Assembly: GCA_054600435.1 (NCBI GenBank) | Contig: BAAIJX010000004.1 | Coordinates: 496,001-560,000 of the forward strand | Source: Neophaeotheca triangularis | Taxonomy: Eukaryota | DNA length: 64,000 nt | Direction: 5' to 3' | In this document: piece after piece, positions 24,435 to 38,032 of the stretch | How the letters are laid out: every line of letters starts with the position of its first letter | How positions within the stretch are numbered: the stretch's first letter is position 1 | Notes under the pieces: model-generated | The model's input: only the letters and a program-made list of their open reading frames with translations | What the model was told of the DNA's origin: nothing | Database searches by the model: none | Translations under genes and position numbers: made by a program

Positions 24435-26114
24435 ATGTCGGCTGCGACGCTGCTCGGAAGAGCTTCGAGGGGAGTTTGCTCCAAGAGCGCCTTGAGCGCA
24501 TTCAGATCACAGGACGCTGCTGCGTGAGTAACATCAATAGCGGTGATAAACACCGCGCCAATGGCTTGCGGATTGCTGACAGATTCACCTTCAGACGGAG
24601 AATACCAGCTCTCTCAGCTCTTGCGCGATACTATGCCTCCAAATGTACGTCCCACCCCAATCGATGCTATGCACGAGAAATGATTGCGCTAACAGTCCGG
24701 CCGCAGCCTTCCCTCCTCACACCGTCATCTCCATGCCCGCCCTCTCCCCCACCATGACTGCAGGAAACATTGGCACATGGCAGAAGAAGCCCGGAGACGC
24801 CCTTGCGCCCGGTGATGTTTTGGTTGAGATTGAAACGGACAAGGCCCAGATGGACTTTGAGTTCCAGGAGGAGGGTGTACTTGCCAAGATTCTGAAGGAC
24901 AGTGGTGAGAAGGATGTTGGCATTGGTAACGTGAGTAAGATTCAGCTTGGAGAACGCGGGAAATTTGGCTAACATCTTTGTTTTAGCCCATCGCCGTTAT
25001 GATTGAGGAGGGCGGTGATGTCTCCGCCTTTGAGTCTTTCAGTATGGAAGACGCGGGCGGAGAGAAGGCTCCCCCAGCCGAAGACAAGAAGGGTGGTCAA
25101 GAAGCCGCTAACGCAACCGAGCCGCCAAGCAACAACTCTGGCACCGCTCCCCCCGAACCCAGCAAGGAGTCTTCCGCTCCCGCCTCCTCCGAACCCGAGT
25201 CCACCGGTGAGCGTCTCGAGACCGCCCTCTCCCGCGAGCCCAATGTAGCCCCCGCGGCCCGCAAGCTCGCCCTCGAAAAGGGCGTACCGATCTCCCAGAT
25301 CAAGGGTAGCGGCCCTGGCGGCAGAGTTACCAAACAGGACATTGAGAAGTACAAGCCCGCCGCCGCCTCCGCGCCCGCATCCTCTCCTGCCGCGGCCGCA
25401 GCCTCCTACGAAGATGTTCCCGCCAACAGCATGCGCAAGACCATCGCCTCCCGCCTCACGCAGTCCATGAACCAGAACCCCCACTACTTCGTCGCCTCCT
25501 CCATCTCCGTTACCAAGCTCATGAAGCTTCGCGCAGCCCTCAACGCCTCCTCCGAAGGCAAGTACAAGCTCAGCGTTAACGACTTTTTCATCAAGGCCAT
25601 CGCTGCAGCCGCCAAGCGCGTCCCCGCTGCCAACAGCTCCTGGCGCGAATCCCCCAACGGCGAGGTCATGATCCGCTCCCACAACAGCGTCGACGTCTCC
25701 GTCGCAGTTGCCACCCCAGCAGGCCTCATGACCCCGATCGTCAAGAACGCCAACAACTCCGGCCTCGAAGCCATCAGCTCCAGCATCAAGGACCTCGGCA
25801 AGCGCGCCCGTGATGGCAAGCTCAAGCCCGAAGAGTACCAGGGCGGCACCATCACCATCTCCAACATGGGCATGAACGATGCTGTCGAGAGGTTCACCGC
25901 GGTCATCAACCCGCCGCAAGCCTGCATCCTGGCTGTCGGTGCCGTTAAGAAGGTTGCCATTCCCCGTGAGGATGGCGCTGAAGGCGTGGAGTGGGATGAA
26001 CAGATTGTGATGACGGGCAGCTTTGACCACAAGGTTGTGGATGGCGCTGTCGGTGGGGAGTTTATGCGTGAGTTGAAGAGGGTTGTTGAGGACCCTTTGG
26101 CGCTGATGCTGTAA
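24435..26114 (+). CDS. LAT1: Pyruvate dehydrogenase E2, dihydrolipoamide acetyltransferase; 3 introns (~24524-24582, ~24645-24707, 24931-~24987)
   Basis: Mitochondrial presequence, lipoyl domain ([15 protein letters not shown]), E3-binding domain (PAARKLA...[12 protein letters not shown]), catalytic DHKVVDG. Confidence 0.96.
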
Positions 26115-27991
26115 GTGATGATTGGAAGCAAAAGGAACGAGTGCGTACGGAGTATGAGAGGTACGTAACGGCGCAGTGCAGACGTGGACGCGAGAACGAC
26201 CCGGTAGTGGAAATTACACATTGCCGGAGATTCCCGGTTGGCCTTGTATCAGCAAATGGCGAGGCAACGGTATAGGTGGTAGGGTCGTGGATGAGTGGCG
26301 CCGACGACACGGCGAGACTTTGGTGGTGGCGCGAGAGAGGCTTGCAGCGACGTGGCCAAGATTTGAAGACCTGTATAGTGGATCTCTCTCCCAATACCCG
26401 CGACGCTGTGGCTTCTTTTTGCAGAGTCAGGCGTCGAGCGAGGGTTTGTTCTGTAGTTGTTGTCGTATTTCCTGTACTCTTTTTGAAATGCTTCCTTCCC
26501 TCTTCTTCGACGGGTCTGCGGTTCGCTAATACACTTTCGTGCTTGCAAGTTAGTATCCCTGGGGAATGGTTTGGATTATGTTTGAGCAGGCTTGATGCTT
26601 GAATCTGAAGGGATTCTGAGATTCGAGCGGGTGTAGCGAGGATAAGCTCTGGCAAAATTAACGGACAATGTGCTGGGTGGACATTCAACACGATCGATGC
26701 TTCAACGAAAAAGGCCCTGGTTTGCGACTTGTTAAGCTTGTCTTATTCTGAATCATCAAACTTGTTTTTCGTGGATCTTGATCGCTATGGAGTTGCCTGG
26801 TTCACCACCCAAATAGGATCCCAGCATACATCACTTCGTCAGTCCACATGGTATACAGGCAGTAAGGTGTAAAAGTGATAGCAAAAGTAGCCTTTTCATC
26901 CCGAACTCCCGTCGCTACAGCATCAAGAGATGGCTAGGCATTTTTGGGCTAATGCTCGCTGGGCGCTTTCTCTCGACTTGACCCCATCTCGGCACTTACG
27001 ACATCGACGAGCCGCGAGCAGGTTTCACATTCACCTCTGTGTCACTGGGGTTCCCTCTCATCGGTCCTGTTCAGTCGTCGCGCAAGCGCTCGCAATGATC
27101 TTAGATGCAGTCGAAGGGAGCCAATCAGATTCCTCATCGGGTGGCTTGGCGTCTGGGCTGGGAAGCCTCCCAACCACACTACCTCCAGCTTCTCCTTCAA
27201 CACCCAATCTCCTCTCACAATTCCCTTGCTCACCACACCTTTTCCCTCGCATGATTTTTAGACTATCCTCCTCTGATTTCTCATTGGACAACGAGCCTCA
27301 TTTTCAACTATAAGCACAGGCAGGGCAATTGCCGATGAACAGTGCAAGAAACCACAAATGCGCTGTCTAACATCCTTCGTCTCGTTTCGCTTGCGTAAAC
27401 CTCACCAGTAGCAATCCGCCACGCTCTTCCAACGCACTGGTCCTTGGGCACGACACTGCAGGCTAGAGCGGCGAACAGCCGAAGACCTGCTGAAGATCTC
27501 GACGCTGTGCGAGCTGGAAGCCTCGCATTCGTCCAGCTGCTGCTCACGAAGCTGCGGCGGGCTGCAGAAGCGGCATCGGCCCGTTGAGGGATGCGTTTCA
27601 GAGGCGTGTAGCTCTGTCTTAGCTGGACGTCGGCATTGCTACCTACTTTGTAGGTATGTCTTCCTCACACCCTTTGAGGAACGTGGTCGATGGCGAGGAA
27701 ATGGTTGTGCTAGCTCGGGGTGAGTAACGTACTAGGTACCTATGCTCGCTGATGCCGAAGTGCTTACGCTTGCTGGCAAGCGATTGGTGGCCTGGTGATT
27801 TTAATCTTCTTTCTGAGTTCCCTTGCGTAGCTTGTGAGAGTACAAACTTCGGATACTTGCTTTCAAGTCTGCGACTCTCCGTTCTGTGTTTCCTCACCAG
27901 TCCTCAATCCCTTCTTTCTTTCGTTTCCCTCAGCCTTCCTTCTTATTCCACCAGAGGTCGATGCTCATGAGAGATTGATTATTGAGGTCTG

Positions 27992-29462
27992 ATGGGCCTC
28001 CTCAAAACCCGCGATGGTCGTTACAAGAGTTGGCTGGCCACCTTCCTATGCTGCTGTGCGGCGTTGAACGATGACGAATATCCCGAGGAAAAGAAACGAG
28101 ATGACCCAACAAGTAAGAAAGCCAGTTTTTAGACGATATGGCGGTATCGTACTAACAAATCTAGGACATGAAAATACCAGCGCCACCCACAGACAGCCTT
28201 CTTTCCAACATGCACCGCCGCGATACAGTACTCAAGGAGGATTTGCCCAACTGGTGCCGGCGGACGAGCAGGACACTCCACCACCTGTCTATAGAAATTC
28301 CACTTTTGAGCTTGCTGGTGTCGCCATACCTCGCCCGGCCAAGCATCGCAGGCAGCTCAGCTTGACACGAATGACAAGGCCGAGCATCAGTGGTCCAAGT
28401 TCATTTCGGCGCTTGGAAGCTAGCGAAGGACAACGAAGAAGTTTGGTACCTTTGCAACTTGGCCCAGTCGTACTGAAGGAGCAGCCGGATGAACAACCTC
28501 ATACTCCGCCACAGGAGCTGATACTCCAAGCTCATGTCTTCCAAGATCCTCTGGACCCGTCCCACAACCTGCTCCAGGAAGACAGTCATGGCAGCTTTGG
28601 CAAAGATAGAAGAAAAGTTGAAGCTGGCCGTGCAAGTTTCAGCCGAGAACACAGGAGCCGCCGTCCTAGGCCGGGCTCTACTGCGGCGCCTCGGGCCAGC
28701 TCAGCACAGGAGATTTACACCCCACGCCTATCACTCTCCTCGCAGTCGTCATGGAGCAATCTGTATCGGCACTCAGAAGACACATATACCCGCCCAGGCA
28801 GAGCCACGAGTGACCCATCTCGTCTCAAGCAGAGACCTCGTAAACGTCCGGACGCGGGGGTAGAACAGGAGGTTCTCGAGCTCAACACCATCATCGAAGG
28901 GAAAAGAGCCGAAGCCAGACGATCACGAGCAGCAGAGGACCACGTCCCCGCGATAGCCCCTTCGATGCAAGTCCGAGCGCGCTCAGAGACGCTGGAGGGT
29001 ATTGGGTCAGCCTTCTCCCGGCCATGGAAAGGCCGACAACCATTACGCATCGATACCAGTCTGAAGAGGTCCGAAGACTCAGAAGAGCATCGACCATGGC
29101 CATCAAGAACCAGCTCAAGGGCCTCGCAATTACCTTCCGGAGCTTCGTGTTCTCCCACCCGATACACCCTTCCTCCACGAACCGTTTCCAGCCCTGCCAC
29201 TCCGATAGCTGATCGTGATCTACCGATGCATGGTTCCCGCCGACCTTCGGCTGGCCCGGAGCCCCCTGCCCTGACTCATGCATCTTCACCGACTTCGAAA
29301 TCGCACAGTCGGTCTGCGACGGCGGAGTCTCGCTATACACCGCTCTCGCCGCTCTCGCCGGTTGGTGTTTACGAGCTTGATGCGCAGCAGGAGGAGCAGG
29401 GAGGTCGGGATCTTTGGCCAGAGCCTGTTGTTAAGACTGGCCAGGTTGGGTTGGCTTTTTAA
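27992..29462 (+). CDS. Hypothetical Ser/Pro/Arg-rich disordered protein; intron 28113-28164
   Basis: Exon 1 MGLLKTRDGRYKSWLATFLCCC splices (GTAAGA...ACTAAC...CTAG) in frame into the long ORF. Confidence 0.7.
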
Positions 29463-29950
29463 GAGGTAAGAGTATGATGCAGCAGGCGGAGCACAGAGGC
29501 CTGGATCTTCGGCCGGAGTCTGCTGGCGAATCGGTCCATTGGACAGGCTGGGTTAGCTTGTTGACGGTTACCAGAATGAATGTGGATGGTCATGATTTGT
29601 AAGGATACACGATTGATGGACGGATGTACTTTTATGTGGGTTATTGAGACTTGCGATTAGATTGACATACTCAAGGAATCACGATTCGCTACGGTCTCGG
29701 CTCTTGCAGCGCGTGTAGAGCTTGCACCTTTCCGAGTCACCGGCCAATTCCGCAGCTAGCCTGTCTGCAACACTGCAGTGAATGCAAACTTCCTCACCTT
29801 TGCCAAGGCTTTCTCTTCCAGGCAACAAGCTACACGTGACACGTCATACCCTGCTACCAACCTTGTCTTTCCAACGCAGCATTGGAATTCCTCGACCTCT
29901 TACCTTCAACAAAATTCAACTAACATCCGCCTTGGGATCCAGTACCTACC

Positions 29951-31113
29951 ATGGCGGGTATGAAGGCAAGCCGAAAGGCGCGAACGACAGATGAGACGTC
30001 CTCCGACCAGAGTGCCGACACCGACGATGACTCTGCAGACGAAGAGCTCGTAGATCCCTCTGGCGATGAAACCGTCAACACTGGGTTCAAGCCATGGGAC
30101 AACCAGGCAGTTTCGACCACCTTTGGCTACGATGTCAAAGCCAAAGAATTCACCACGTCCGTCAAAGTGTCGCAGAAGGAGAGGTTCAAGCTCACACCAG
30201 TAAGTACTAGCCTCACAATTTTCCAAAGGCGGAAACCAAACTGACTAGCATGTTTTCACAGCTTACCGTTGCCGACGGGCCTTTCAAGGGTCGCAATGTC
30301 TTGATGCTCGTTCCAACCACCGAGGCCTTTCGTTTCATGGATCTTCCCCCTGAGCTGCGGAACCGCATCTACCGCTACGTCCTGGGCAGCAACTCTCAAT
30401 TCTTCTCCAAGAGTAGAAGGGGTAAGAATGGGTCCAAGGAGAAGGGGCGCAGGCTACGTGCTCAACAGTACATTCGACAAACCCACCGAAACGCCCCAGG
30501 CTACACCCGCGCCATCAAAAACGAATCCATCTTGACAGTCAGCAAAGAAGTCACGAGAGAAGTTGCGCCGATGCTTTATGGTGCAGAGACTTTCAACTTC
30601 GACTCATCTCGCAAGCTCAAGCACTTCGTCTCCGGCATTGGAAGCATGGTTGTCTACCTCAGAGACATTTGCATCTGGAAGATTTCACAGTCCACGCTTC
30701 GAACAGCCTGCAACGCCCTCAAGAAAGCTAGCAGTCTTTGCTCCCTGATAATCTACTACGAAATTTTGAGGATGAATGGCGATACTCGCTTTCTCATGAG
30801 CGGACTCAGAAGCGGCCGGAGGCAATGGGCCCTCAAGGATGGCAGTGAGGTACTGGACTATGTTTTACCGCTCGTCAAAGCCCAGCACAAGTTGCAGATG
30901 CGCAAACCTGGTTCCAAATCCATCGAGCCAAAGGGTCGACCCAAAGCTGTTGACATGGTGCGCTTCAAGGCTATGCCATGTAACAAGTGCTACGCCAAGG
31001 ATGACAAATGTTGCGACGACAAGGTCCACGCGGAAGACAAGGCCGACAGCGAGCGATTCACCCTCGTGCTCAAAACCGAGCTTGTCGAAGCGCTTGAAGA
31101 GACGGGGACCTGA
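29951..31113 (+). CDS. F-box-like motif protein, tandem paralog 1 (~366 aa); intron 30200-30261
   Basis: FRFMDLPPELRNRIY, ILTVSKEVTREVAPMLYGAETFNFD, CNKC...CC; GTAAGT...CTGAC...CAG intron. Confidence 0.85.
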
Positions 31114-31661
31114 AGCTCACAGCAATACGACAAGATGGGCGGTTCGGCGGATGCTTCTGGGTGGTCTTGGCGTACTGGCTCAGGCACAGATCTCGAGAGA
31201 AGCACAGTGGATGCTACACTTTTACCAGCTCAGTGTTTCTGGCAAGGGGGACAATGGTATTAGGGTAGAAGTTCTGCTAGCAGGTTGTATGCAACAACTT
31301 CCAGCAAATCAAAGGTGTCCTACAGAAGACCAACGTGAGACCGTAACGAACTGATTCTGGTCTAGGTGGGTAAGTACTAGGTAGGCACTATGTAGTCGTA
31401 GATGCCATCGAGGAGGCTTCCAATCCAAAAGCCAGGCAGACATCCACGTGACTTCGCGATGTAGCGCGTTGAGCATTTGGCTTCCAGGTACCTGCCTTAA
31501 CTTTCGCTGCAAATCACCTCACCTCACCTCACCTTGCTTCTTCAATCTACAAGAACTTCACTGCACTCGGCCCTGTTCTCAGGGTCATCCCCACGTACCT
31601 ATTCCCTTGGGTATTTCCGGACCAAGGCGGAATTCAACAACTTGTTGGCGCCCCAGGCACC

Positions 31662-32889
31662 ATGGCCCGCAAGAAGGGTCGACTCATGACAAGAAAAGCC
31701 CGCGATGAACTTCAGAACTCTGCCCGAGGCACCGCCCACGGACCCGAGAAAATCTCTGAGCTACCGGATCCCCACAAGGTAGACGATGAAGCGGACAATG
31801 ACACCATCGAGAACGCCAAGAGGGACCTGATACGCATCCCGGCCTCTGCTGGCTACACGGGCTTCGAGCGATGGAAGACCGACGACATCTCCACGACCTT
31901 TGGCTACGACACAGAGTCTTCCAGCTACGTCCAGTCGGTCCGCGCTACGCAGAAAGAAGGCTTCAAGCTTGTGCCGGTGCGTTTCGTATCAAGCCAGTTG
32001 CTACTCAGGCTGCTTCTGACGTATCGAGTAGCTCACGTTTACCGAGGGTCCATATGAAGGCCGCCATGTGCTCATGCTCGAGCCTATTGTCGACTACTTT
32101 CGGTTTATGGATCTGCCGCCGGAGCTCAGGACGAGGGTTTACGACTTCCTTCTAGGTAGCGATCTGGCAATATTCGCCTCTCGCGATAAGTCCCGTATAC
32201 CGAGAGGCGAGCCAAGACCTGCTCGCCGGCTTTGGTATCGAAGAGGTCTTCACGAATATTCCAGCGACAAGAAGCCAGTCATGACGGGTCACGCGATGCT
32301 GGCTGTCAGCAAGCGAGTAACGGCCGAGATCGTGCCCATGCTCTACGGTGCAGCTACTTTCAACTTCGACACTACGAATGACTTGCGCGACTTCTTGTCC
32401 GACATTGGTAGCATGGTCTCCAACCTTCGGCATGTCAGACTCAGACATGGAGCCCTCCGCACGGCAAGTTTCCGTCCCGCTTGCACGGCCTTGAAGAATG
32501 CGAACAATCTGTGCAGCTTGACAATTGAATATCGTGTTAACACCTCGGATGGTTCCATTTGGGTGCATGACAAATACACGATTGGCAGCATCAAAGACCT
32601 AGCTCCAGATCTCTTGCCCTTCGTCAGAACTCAACACGCGATCAGGAAAGTCAACAGGTCTTTATCCGACTTCTTCAAGACCAAAAAGGCAAGCGATAGC
32701 GGATATCCTGAGGCCGTCGAGATCGTCTGCGTCAAGAGATACAAGTGCTCCGGTTGCATGGTGAATAGAAAGGGTGGAAAATGTCCCGTGACTGCGTGCA
32801 CAGGAGAGACCCGCGCGGCGGCCGCAAAAGAGGAAGAGGAGCTCACCCTCCTGCTAAGAAAAGAACTCGCGAGGCTGCTTTGGCGATGA
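31662..32889 (+). CDS. F-box-like motif protein, tandem paralog 2 (~390 aa); intron 31977-32031
   Basis: FRFMDLPPELRTRVY, MLAVSKRVTAEIVPMLYGAATFNFD, CSGC...C...C; same intron position as paralog 1. Confidence 0.85.
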
Positions 32890-33229
32890 ATATCTGATCG
32901 CCGCGGAAGCGAAGACAAGGAGGCGGTTGGTTCCTGTAAGATTTGGTCTCAAAGAAGTGTGTCTTTCAATGCCTTGCCCGGGAGATAAAGAAGCGCAGCT
33001 CAAGCACCGGCATATTTTCATGCAGCAGGGTATTAAGCTGCGCTATTTCACTGCCTTGCGTGTCTTTCGTGACAATATATGGCTTTCCTCTTCGTACCCC
33101 TATATCCCCAGTGCTGCACATATATCAGCCTTCACCCTGAAGGCCACCTTCGCCAGCGACCACGACAGCGTGATGCGATAGCGAAGCCCGTGGGATTGCC
33201 ATGCCACTCATAAAGCTTCGTCTCCCTTG

Positions 33230-33370
33230 CACCAAGTTCATATCCCCGGCGAGGAGTGGTATGAGGTGATCTTAAACGCAATCAACACGCCGGCCATCTC
33301 CCGCGGGGCCAAGCAAGTCCACAATGAGGTTGCCATCATGTTGTTCGGTGAGGCCCCATCCATCTTCGGA
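33230..33370 (+). pseudogene. Relic fragment of the same family (paralog 3/4 type)
   Basis: EEWYEVILNAINTPAISRGAKQVHNEVAIMLFGEAPSIF aligns to paralog 3 EKWYGVTYEAINTPAILIACKQILSEVGPMLYGATPFIF; no F-box motif or downstream domain is found. Confidence 0.75.
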
Positions 33371-34251
33371 AAGGGTGCACCTTGTCCGGCGAATACCCGG
33401 TGGCTGGGAAGAGAGCAAGGTGAATGCTGCCGTCGTCATGGGGATGGCTGACGTAGGAGGACGCTCGCATGGCTTCCGCCGTCTTCTAGCTTCCTTCTCC
33501 AGCCCCCGTCACCTCGCGTGTTGTACACAACACACTTCCCGATCACCACCACCACACTCCCAACGACCATACTATTGCACTTGCACCGAAATACCACCAG
33601 CGAAGAACAGTCTGCAAGCCAATGTGAGTGACCAGTCCTTCCAGCCTACTCAGCCCCTGCACGCTTCCGACTTCCAACCTCACCTCACCCCCACTGCTCC
33701 CTGTACAATTCAACCATTCCACACATCCAGAAAGTTCCACACCCCATAGGACACCTACAGCGTCATCTTCACGCTTCCCACTACCCCGGTAGCCCTGCTC
33801 CTTGACCCACCAGCAACTTGGTCTTCCAAAGCGGCTTTCCCCGAGGCCTCACACGCTAACAGGAGTTTGCAGAAGCCCGCCAGCACCCGACTACTTCCCC
33901 CAAATCGCATCGAAACCGCTGCCGTCGCCTACAGAGGAAGTCAGAGTCAACGAACCGTGAGTAGCCAAGCCGTCCCTCTCCCCATACTCCCACCCACAAC
34001 TGCGCTCATTCTTTGGTCTTTGCGCATCCGCTTTCCGGCAACTACCACTTGAGCTCGGCCCGTCGCTCTTTCTCCGAGGTGTTTGACGTCGCTACAGTCG
34101 GTACCTCGCCCGTATCGTCTTCAGGGCGGCAAGATCTTGGCCTTCCGCCTCAGCGGCCGTCTAGAGCTTCGCAGTCAGTTTTTTCGAGCCTGTCCAGCTA
34201 ACTTGTGCTCGCAGAAGCACTTTTTTCGTTTTCACAGAGCACCTAGGCGGG

Positions 34252-35446
34252 ATGTCGAACATCTCCCTCCCGGACGGCTCCCAGGCTTCATCCACCATCT
34301 CCAAGTACGATCCCGTGAGCCAGCAGTGGTATCAGACGGTGGTGATCACAAGCGACGAGCCTTTCACGGTTCAAAAGGCAAGGCGTTCCTTCCAGGACTC
34401 CCTGAATGGCTATACTCATGAACTTCCTGCAGGGTTACCACACCAGCGGCTCCAAGGCGGGCGAGCGTATCTTCTGGACCGAAAACCTCACGCAGAAGAA
34501 CCATTTCCGGTTCCTCGACCTTTCACCCGAGCTCCGAAACCGCGTGTACTGGCTTTTGTTCAATGGCACACTCCCGGTCCGCTCGAAGCTGGTCAAACAG
34601 AGGATTGACACCCATGATCTCCGCGTGCAGTACTCCTCCAAGTACTCGTACCGCAGGGGCAAAGACCCGGGGCACGTCAGCTCCGAGAAGTGGTACGGTG
34701 TCACTTACGAAGCCATCAACACACCAGCCATTCTCATTGCCTGCAAACAAATTCTCTCCGAAGTAGGCCCCATGCTCTACGGCGCCACACCTTTCATCTT
34801 CGATTCCACAACGGCCATTGCTAGGTTTGGTGGTAAGGTTGGAAGTATGGTGAAGTTCCTACGCACCGTTACCTTCGAGCTAGGCTTCTTCAAGAAGACT
34901 TCCTCAAAGCACGCAGTGGCCGTACTGGAGCAGGCAGCTGAGTTGAAGAAACTGGCCTTCAGCCACAAGGACATCGGGTTCGGCCTCAACGCCCTGTCGG
35001 ACGAAAAGTACCAAGAGCTACTCTGCAACGTCCGTAATCTGGTCTTCACCTTCCTTCCGGTCCTAGAGAAACTCCACGCCTCCCGCAGCAACTCCGCCCA
35101 GGGCTCCGACGTGCTAGAGATCATGCAGGTCGAGGGCGGCGAGTGCAAGAAGTGCACGCACTTGAGCATCATGAGCACCGTTCCGTCCAAGAACTGCTAC
35201 GGATGCAAAACCGAGCCATTCTCGGAGGAGGTGATGGCGAAGCACCACGAGAGTCTCCGGGTGCTGATCAACGACATCGTCGCTTACGCGTTAGATCTCG
35301 CAGACGAAAGAGTCACGGGAATGATCGAAGGTATTGGAATCTGCCCGCCTGGCATCGTGGGGTTGGCCAACCCCGATGAGGTAGGGGTTCGTCAGGAGAT
35401 CGAGCCGGTCTCGAGCGAGTTCGGGAGTGAGTACGACGAGTACTGA
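34252..35446 (+). CDS. F-box-like motif protein, tandem paralog 3 (~379 aa); GC-AG intron 34378-34432
   Basis: FRFLDLSPELRNRVY, ILIACKQILSEVGPMLYGATPFIFD, CKKC...CYGC; exon 1 aligns ungapped to the other copies. Confidence 0.83.
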
Positions 35447-38032
35447 GTCCGACATCGACCGCGTCAGATAGCGAGGACTTCCTTGGCGTAGACGCTCGGC
35501 TGTTCTAGAGTGTCTTTTGATCTTGGAGGTTGCGGGGACAACGTTTGGCGGATCAGGTAGTCCGTGGGTTTCTGGGCCTGGAATGCAGTGTGCTCGAGGT
35601 TTCAAAGCTCTTTCCAGCAGCGGAAGATGGCAAAAGGAGCTCGTTGCTTCTCGCGTTTCGCTTTAGTAGCGAGACTATCACGTCCACGCTGGGATCCTGC
35701 TGGCGTTGTTCATGTTTACCTTTATGCCATGATCTCTTTCAGTTAGCTCGGTATTGAAAACTTTTCGTATCAGTGCTTTCGACCCAGCGCTCCGGCAAAC
35801 CCCATGCCATGCTCCCTGTCCAAATCTCATTACAGCCTTCGCCTGAATAGCGTTCCTACATCGGCGGATGCGTTTGAAGATCGCACCTCACTCCCGCAGG
35901 AAAGTCTTGTCGTCACCGCTTTGGGGCCTCTAACCTTCGACTTTCTTTGAAATCTTCGGCGAGTCCGGTCCCGAAACCCTCTCGTTCCATTACGAAAGCA
36001 TCGGTCACGGAATCCACAATCTTTGCGACAGCGAGTACCAGGGTATGTTGGCGCAGATCGAAGGGCTCGCGAACCTCCTAGCTTCAGCATTTAAGCCACT
36101 TCTCGCTAGTCGCAAAGTCGAATTTGATGGCTCTAACGGCATGGAGGTCGTTCGCTGTTCGCATCGAGGGCGACGAGTGCTGGACTCACTGTCTACGGCT
36201 GGGCGAACAAGGAGGGCCAGGGCCGCGGCGAGTGTAAGGCAAGGAAGCATACCTAGCAGCAGATGGCTGGCTCCTGCTAGAAGTTGCCGCGTCCTTTTTC
36301 AACGACAGCCTGGCGTGCCATCTTGGTCTCGAGGGCGAGCGCGTCCCCGAAGAGATCGGAGGATTTGGCATACGTCCTTCAGGTGTAATCGGCTCGGTGA
36401 ACCGTGAGGCATTGGAGCTCATCTCAAGTGAATTTGGAAGCGAATTCGACAAGTGATGAGCGTAGACTTCGTGAGGGATGTGAGGAGCATCTTTGCTCGC
36501 AAACATTCCGCTATAATGCGGCTCTCTGCGTATCGGCGTACCACGCGAGCGGGTTTTGAAGTGGGCAAATGGCTTCCGCGTGAGCGTTTTCATAGTCAGG
36601 CACCATGAGAGCGAGCCTTGGTGCAGGTATTGGATGCCGGGTGATCGAGGCAGAGTCGAAACTGGAGAGCATGGAAGTTAGCTAGCACATTCGTTCAACT
36701 CATTGTGAAATATTTTAAGCGCGTCCCCGGCGATCTTATCCTTGTAAACTTAGGCTACTGCTGTTGCCCACCCGCTCTCATGATAGTCGCCTCTGCCCAT
36801 TGTGTTAGTAACGCCAAAGACAAGCACAGCGAAAGCGTTGCCGAGCGTAGTTCAAAGCCCCATCGAAGCGAACATTCAACTGGTCCCCAGCGGAGCGACA
36901 CGGATTCTCGTTTAGCCCCCTCGCCGTATTGCTGCAGTTGGGTTGAAGCTGTCCCCCGCTAAGGGCACCGTGGAACGACTAGATTGGCCATTTCAGGACG
37001 CCAGGGATTCATACACATGCATTCTGGGTGAACTTGGCCCTCGGCGAATGGTTTTATGTCGCTCCCCTTGCATCAATGGTCTTTGACAGCGTTATGGATG
37101 CTCAAGATGTCTAGGTTCTTTCGGACCTCCATTTGGTATTAACTCTGGCACCCGGCGATGCGAGCGGCGCCGCTCGACTTACCTCAATGGAGTTTGCTTG
37201 CGGCCGTGGGAGTATGTGCAGCAGCGTCGTATTGCGTGCCTAGAAGCCGTCGGATGGCGAAAGACCGAAGACTGTGTTCAAATTCCTTGTCGCTTCCCGA
37301 AGAAATCATGATCGTGTTCATGTGCCATCAGATATTCCTTCTCTGGCACTCGAAATTTCTTCTTTTATGACATGGCACAATGCTTGCCGGGCTTTTACAA
37401 CTCTCCGGCGCTCTCCCATGTGTCGAGCTCCGACAACGCCTTCACCTTTCACTCCCAGTTGCCTGCCCTTGAATTCAGTCAACAAAAGACATCCGCGAGC
37501 AGTCCCACCATCTACCACGCTTCAACGTCTGCGAAGACATTTCCGGCAGTCACGAGACGCATTGGAGGCAGGGCACCGCCGTCCGCTATCGCAAGCTGTA
37601 CGGGACCTGCACCACGCTCTTGGGCCTCTTGGCTGCCTTCACACCATATTACGAGCCCAGACGGCTTCTGCCAGCCACTCTGGAGTCTGAGCCAACACCC
37701 GCTCAAAGAAACTGGAATACTGTTCTTCGACATAATACCCAGAGACCTCGCAACCAAGGGTTCCTATTTGGAAATCCAGGGTCTTCAGGAAGCCAGGAAA
37801 ACGTGAGTGACCCTTCCTTGTTTGTTTCTTTCTTTTCATTGCGCCGTGCTTGCAGCAAAGTCCGGCTTCAATTCTCACTTCTCAAGCCTATGCCTCTCAC
37901 TTCCATGGACCATATTTTCGATGCCCGAAACCCACTCTTTACCTGCATTGTCAATCAGCTTGAGAATTTCTTGTCATTTCTTCTGGGCCGTCTAAACTGA
38001 ATATTGCCGCTGATCCTCAAACCCAGACGTCA

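Noticed and set aside
26115..27990. Multiple 60-200 aa ORFs between LAT1 and the next gene
   Set aside because: No codon bias, motifs or consistent splice structure; treated as intergenic/UTR.
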